DNA of 64,000 nucleotides from Clytia hemisphaerica (Eukaryota): NCBI RefSeq assembly GCF_902728285.1, contig NW_027104315.1, positions 162,032 to 226,031 of the forward strand, read 5' to 3'. Shown piece by piece: positions 62,601 to 64,000 of this stretch (position 1 is its first letter; each line of letters starts with the position of its first letter). The notes under the pieces were generated by a model. It saw only the letters and a program-made list of their open reading frames with translations, ran no database searches and was not told where the DNA came from. The position numbers and the translations under genes were made by a program.

Positions 62601-64000
62601 AAAGCCGGGATGACAACTCTTAGTTACCATTAAGAGAAACACAGTGGTCAAAATCCTATTTTATTTGGGTGTTTCAATTAGAAAATATGACATCATCTTG
62701 ACTTACGTATATCAAGAAAAAAACTGATGAAAAAGATTGAGACATTAGCCTGTACCAAACTCTTAAAAAAAGATAACGCGAAGTTTGGTTAGTTACCTAA
62801 GAAGATCCTGTGCCTGAGACATTTTCATTTTTAGTTAAAAATCAATGGTATGTTTATACATTAGCTTTTAAAATACACCAACGCGTAACTTAATACTGGG
62901 TAGATGATCTAGTACCATATAATTGTGACAAGCGACACATATTTAACCGAAGAGAAGTCAATCATAAAGTAAAAAACTAACTTACTAAGGGAAGAGGTTG
63001 AAGAATGAAGTATAAGCCCGAAGGGCTAGAATCGAATCTCTAACCTTTTCTCAGGCAAGAAAAATTGAAGCCTTAAAATATGCGCCGTATTTTTGACGAC
63101 GGATTGAATCTAGCAATTCTTTTGTTTTCGAGTGATATTTTTTTCAAAATTTAGTGGTAAATTTTAGTTTCAGTCTGCCATTTGTGTAAAATCCAGGCGG
63201 GCCGCGCTAGGCCACGCAACTTTGGTAGGATTTGTTGGCTTCAATTCTTATCAAGGAGATTCGTAGTCTAGCAAGCTAGACGACTAATTCATACATAGTA
63301 GAAATAAAGCAAAAAGTAATAAAGGGAAAAATTTTAGTCGTCTAGAAACCTTTGTGCACTAACTCCAAACAAAAGAAAAGTGTCAATATTTGCAATTATA
63401 ATTTTTTTCCCGCTCAAAATAATTCTTGAGAAAAACATGTGTGTGGATTTGTGTATTGAAAGTTTTTCATTTGATTTGATTTTGTTTTGAGAGTTTGTTA
63501 TTGCTTGATTAAATTGTTCTCTCGCCACGCAAGTTTCTGCGTAGCTAGCCGGGGTATCTATAAGGCTGGAACACCGGATTCTTCCAGTCGTTTATACAAA
63601 CTAAATCCCGTATTATTATTATTAGTATTACACGCATTATAAACGACTCCAGTCTAGGAGATTCGATTCTAGTCCTTCGAGCTTATATTTTATTGGTGCT
63701 TTAGGGAGGGTGAGAAAATGTGAAATATGGGTTGCGAAATATTTTAGTATTTTTAGAGTATAAATTTGGTTCATGTATGGTATACTAGAAATTCTTCATC
63801 CGTCCTGGAAAATCATTTTGGTGTTGTTTTCAAAGTATTTACAATCGGTGACTAAATATTGTGGCAAGAATTCCTTCCCCCCATTAGTATCAATGTTGAT
63901 GGGTAGAAATGCTGCCACCATGCTCAGAAAAAGCTCACATCAACACTGATATTAGGGGGAAAAGGATTTTTCAAGAAATTGCCGCATATTTTGTCACTGA

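Noticed and set aside
1-64000. Possibility of a prokaryotic defence island or operon
   Set aside because: Canonical spliceosomal introns, metazoan gene families (S1 protease, class-A GPCR, NACHT-WD40), LINE, PLE and MITE content and about 70% AT place this in an animal nuclear genome.

Overview
This window is AT-rich eukaryotic (invertebrate metazoan, possibly cnidarian-like) genomic DNA. It is not prokaryotic: genes are split by GT-AG introns with gtaagt donors and tttcag/tttag acceptors, and introns are packed with MITEs, a LINE and a Penelope-like element. Four protein-coding loci are supported.

1. A 6-exon secreted serine protease gene on the + strand (4308-12079). It combines an N-terminal ShK-toxin-like cysteine-rich domain with a complete trypsin-type catalytic domain.
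2. A very large gene of about 18 exons on the + strand (14538-49506). It encodes an NWD1-like NACHT–WD40 protein (myristoylation-type N-terminus, DUF4062, P-loop NACHT NTPase, many WD40 blades), i.e. a candidate innate-immune/STAND NTPase. One WD-region exon carries an unusual acidic 21-aa x3 tandem insert.
3. A 2-exon class-A GPCR on the + strand (57005-58775) with divergent DRY and NPxxY motifs.
4. On the - strand at 62298-62600, a paralogous copy of the NWD gene's terminal WD40 exon. This implies a second NWD-like gene, or a pseudogene fragment, arranged tail-to-tail with the first, with the GPCR in between.

The rest is a dense mosaic of mobile elements. A 5'-truncated non-LTR RT element (6050-7933) has an almost intact RT ORF and sits inside a MITE copy in trypsin intron 1. 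A 5'-truncated Penelope-like element with a GIY-YIG endonuclease sits in an NWD intron. There are many TIR-bounded MITE families, two foldback/palindromic elements, satellites and homopolymer runs. I found no CRISPR arrays or prokaryotic systems. Exon boundaries were placed by reading frame, splice motifs and phase continuity; treat them as within about 1-3 nt. At about 8225 my reading of the printed sequence and the ORF track differ by one base.
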